Below, piece by piece: positions 63,590 through 64,000 of a stretch of 64,000 bases of DNA (position 1 is its first letter; each line of letters begins with the position of its first letter). Under the pieces are notes generated by a model. It made no database searches, was not told the origin of the DNA, and saw only the letters and a program-made list of their open reading frames with translations. Made by a program: the position numbers and the translations under genes. This DNA is from Callorhinchus milii (Eukaryota). The DNA lies in assembly GCF_018977255.1 (NCBI RefSeq), contig NW_024704742.1, positions 113,834,001-113,898,000 on the forward strand, given 5' to 3'.

Positions 63590-64000
63590 GATGCCTAGTT
63601 TCGTAGGATTGTGGCCAACAATGAAGATGACCTTAAACAACTTCTGAAGGACACAGACAGATGAAGTACTGTAGATTGGGTAGAGAGGTGGCAAATGAAA
63701 TTTAATGCAGAGAAAATGTGAGAGTGTACATGGGGCAGGGGGAAAAAGTAAGGAGAGCAAATATATGCATTTTAAAATTATTATTATTATTTTAAAGGAG
63801 TAGAAGAGCAGACAGAACAATAGGGTAACATAAGTAAATCTTTAAAGGTGAAAAGGCAGGTAGGGTCCTAGGTATTATGAATAGAACTATAGTGTATAAA
63901 GCCAAATAGGCGATGCTTAACTTGTATAAATCATTACTCAAACACATAATGGTATTGTGTTCAGTTTTGGCCATCTCACTGAATGTGAGAACCATAGACA
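63590..64000 (+). mobile_element. CR1-like LINE RT C-terminal fragment
   Basis: LQKDTDR...WVERWQMKFNAEKC motif. Confidence 0.75.

Noticed and set aside
1..64000. CRISPR array or other prokaryotic system
   Set aside because: No regularly spaced repeat-spacer array or operon-like gene density; the sequence is vertebrate.

Overview
Repeat-rich vertebrate genomic DNA, most likely from a cartilaginous fish (inferred from the retroelement repertoire: L2 and CR1 LINEs, tRNA-derived SINEs including Deu-domain SINEs, and Penelope-like fragments). One gene is confidently identified: TMEM167A (protein kish-A), + strand, coding exons at 8705-8814, 21004-21038 and 26763-26833. Its ATG-only first coding exon was not found and probably lies upstream of the window. 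The 3' half (about 29-63.5 kb) holds a chain of minus-strand exon-like blocks with canonical splice sites, largely compatible phases and scattered in-frame stops; I read this as an unidentified, decayed multi-exon gene convergent with TMEM167A. Other notable items: a near full-length young L2 LINE, a 62/63-bp inverted-repeat hairpin in TMEM167A intron 3, a 720-bp TIR element, hammerhead-like motifs in Penelope-like termini, a short interstitial telomeric repeat, several snap-back duplications, and a hairpin-dense block without CpG depletion near 4.4 kb. Most ORFs in the supplied track are repeat-derived or spurious. All family assignments are from motif recognition; no database search was run.
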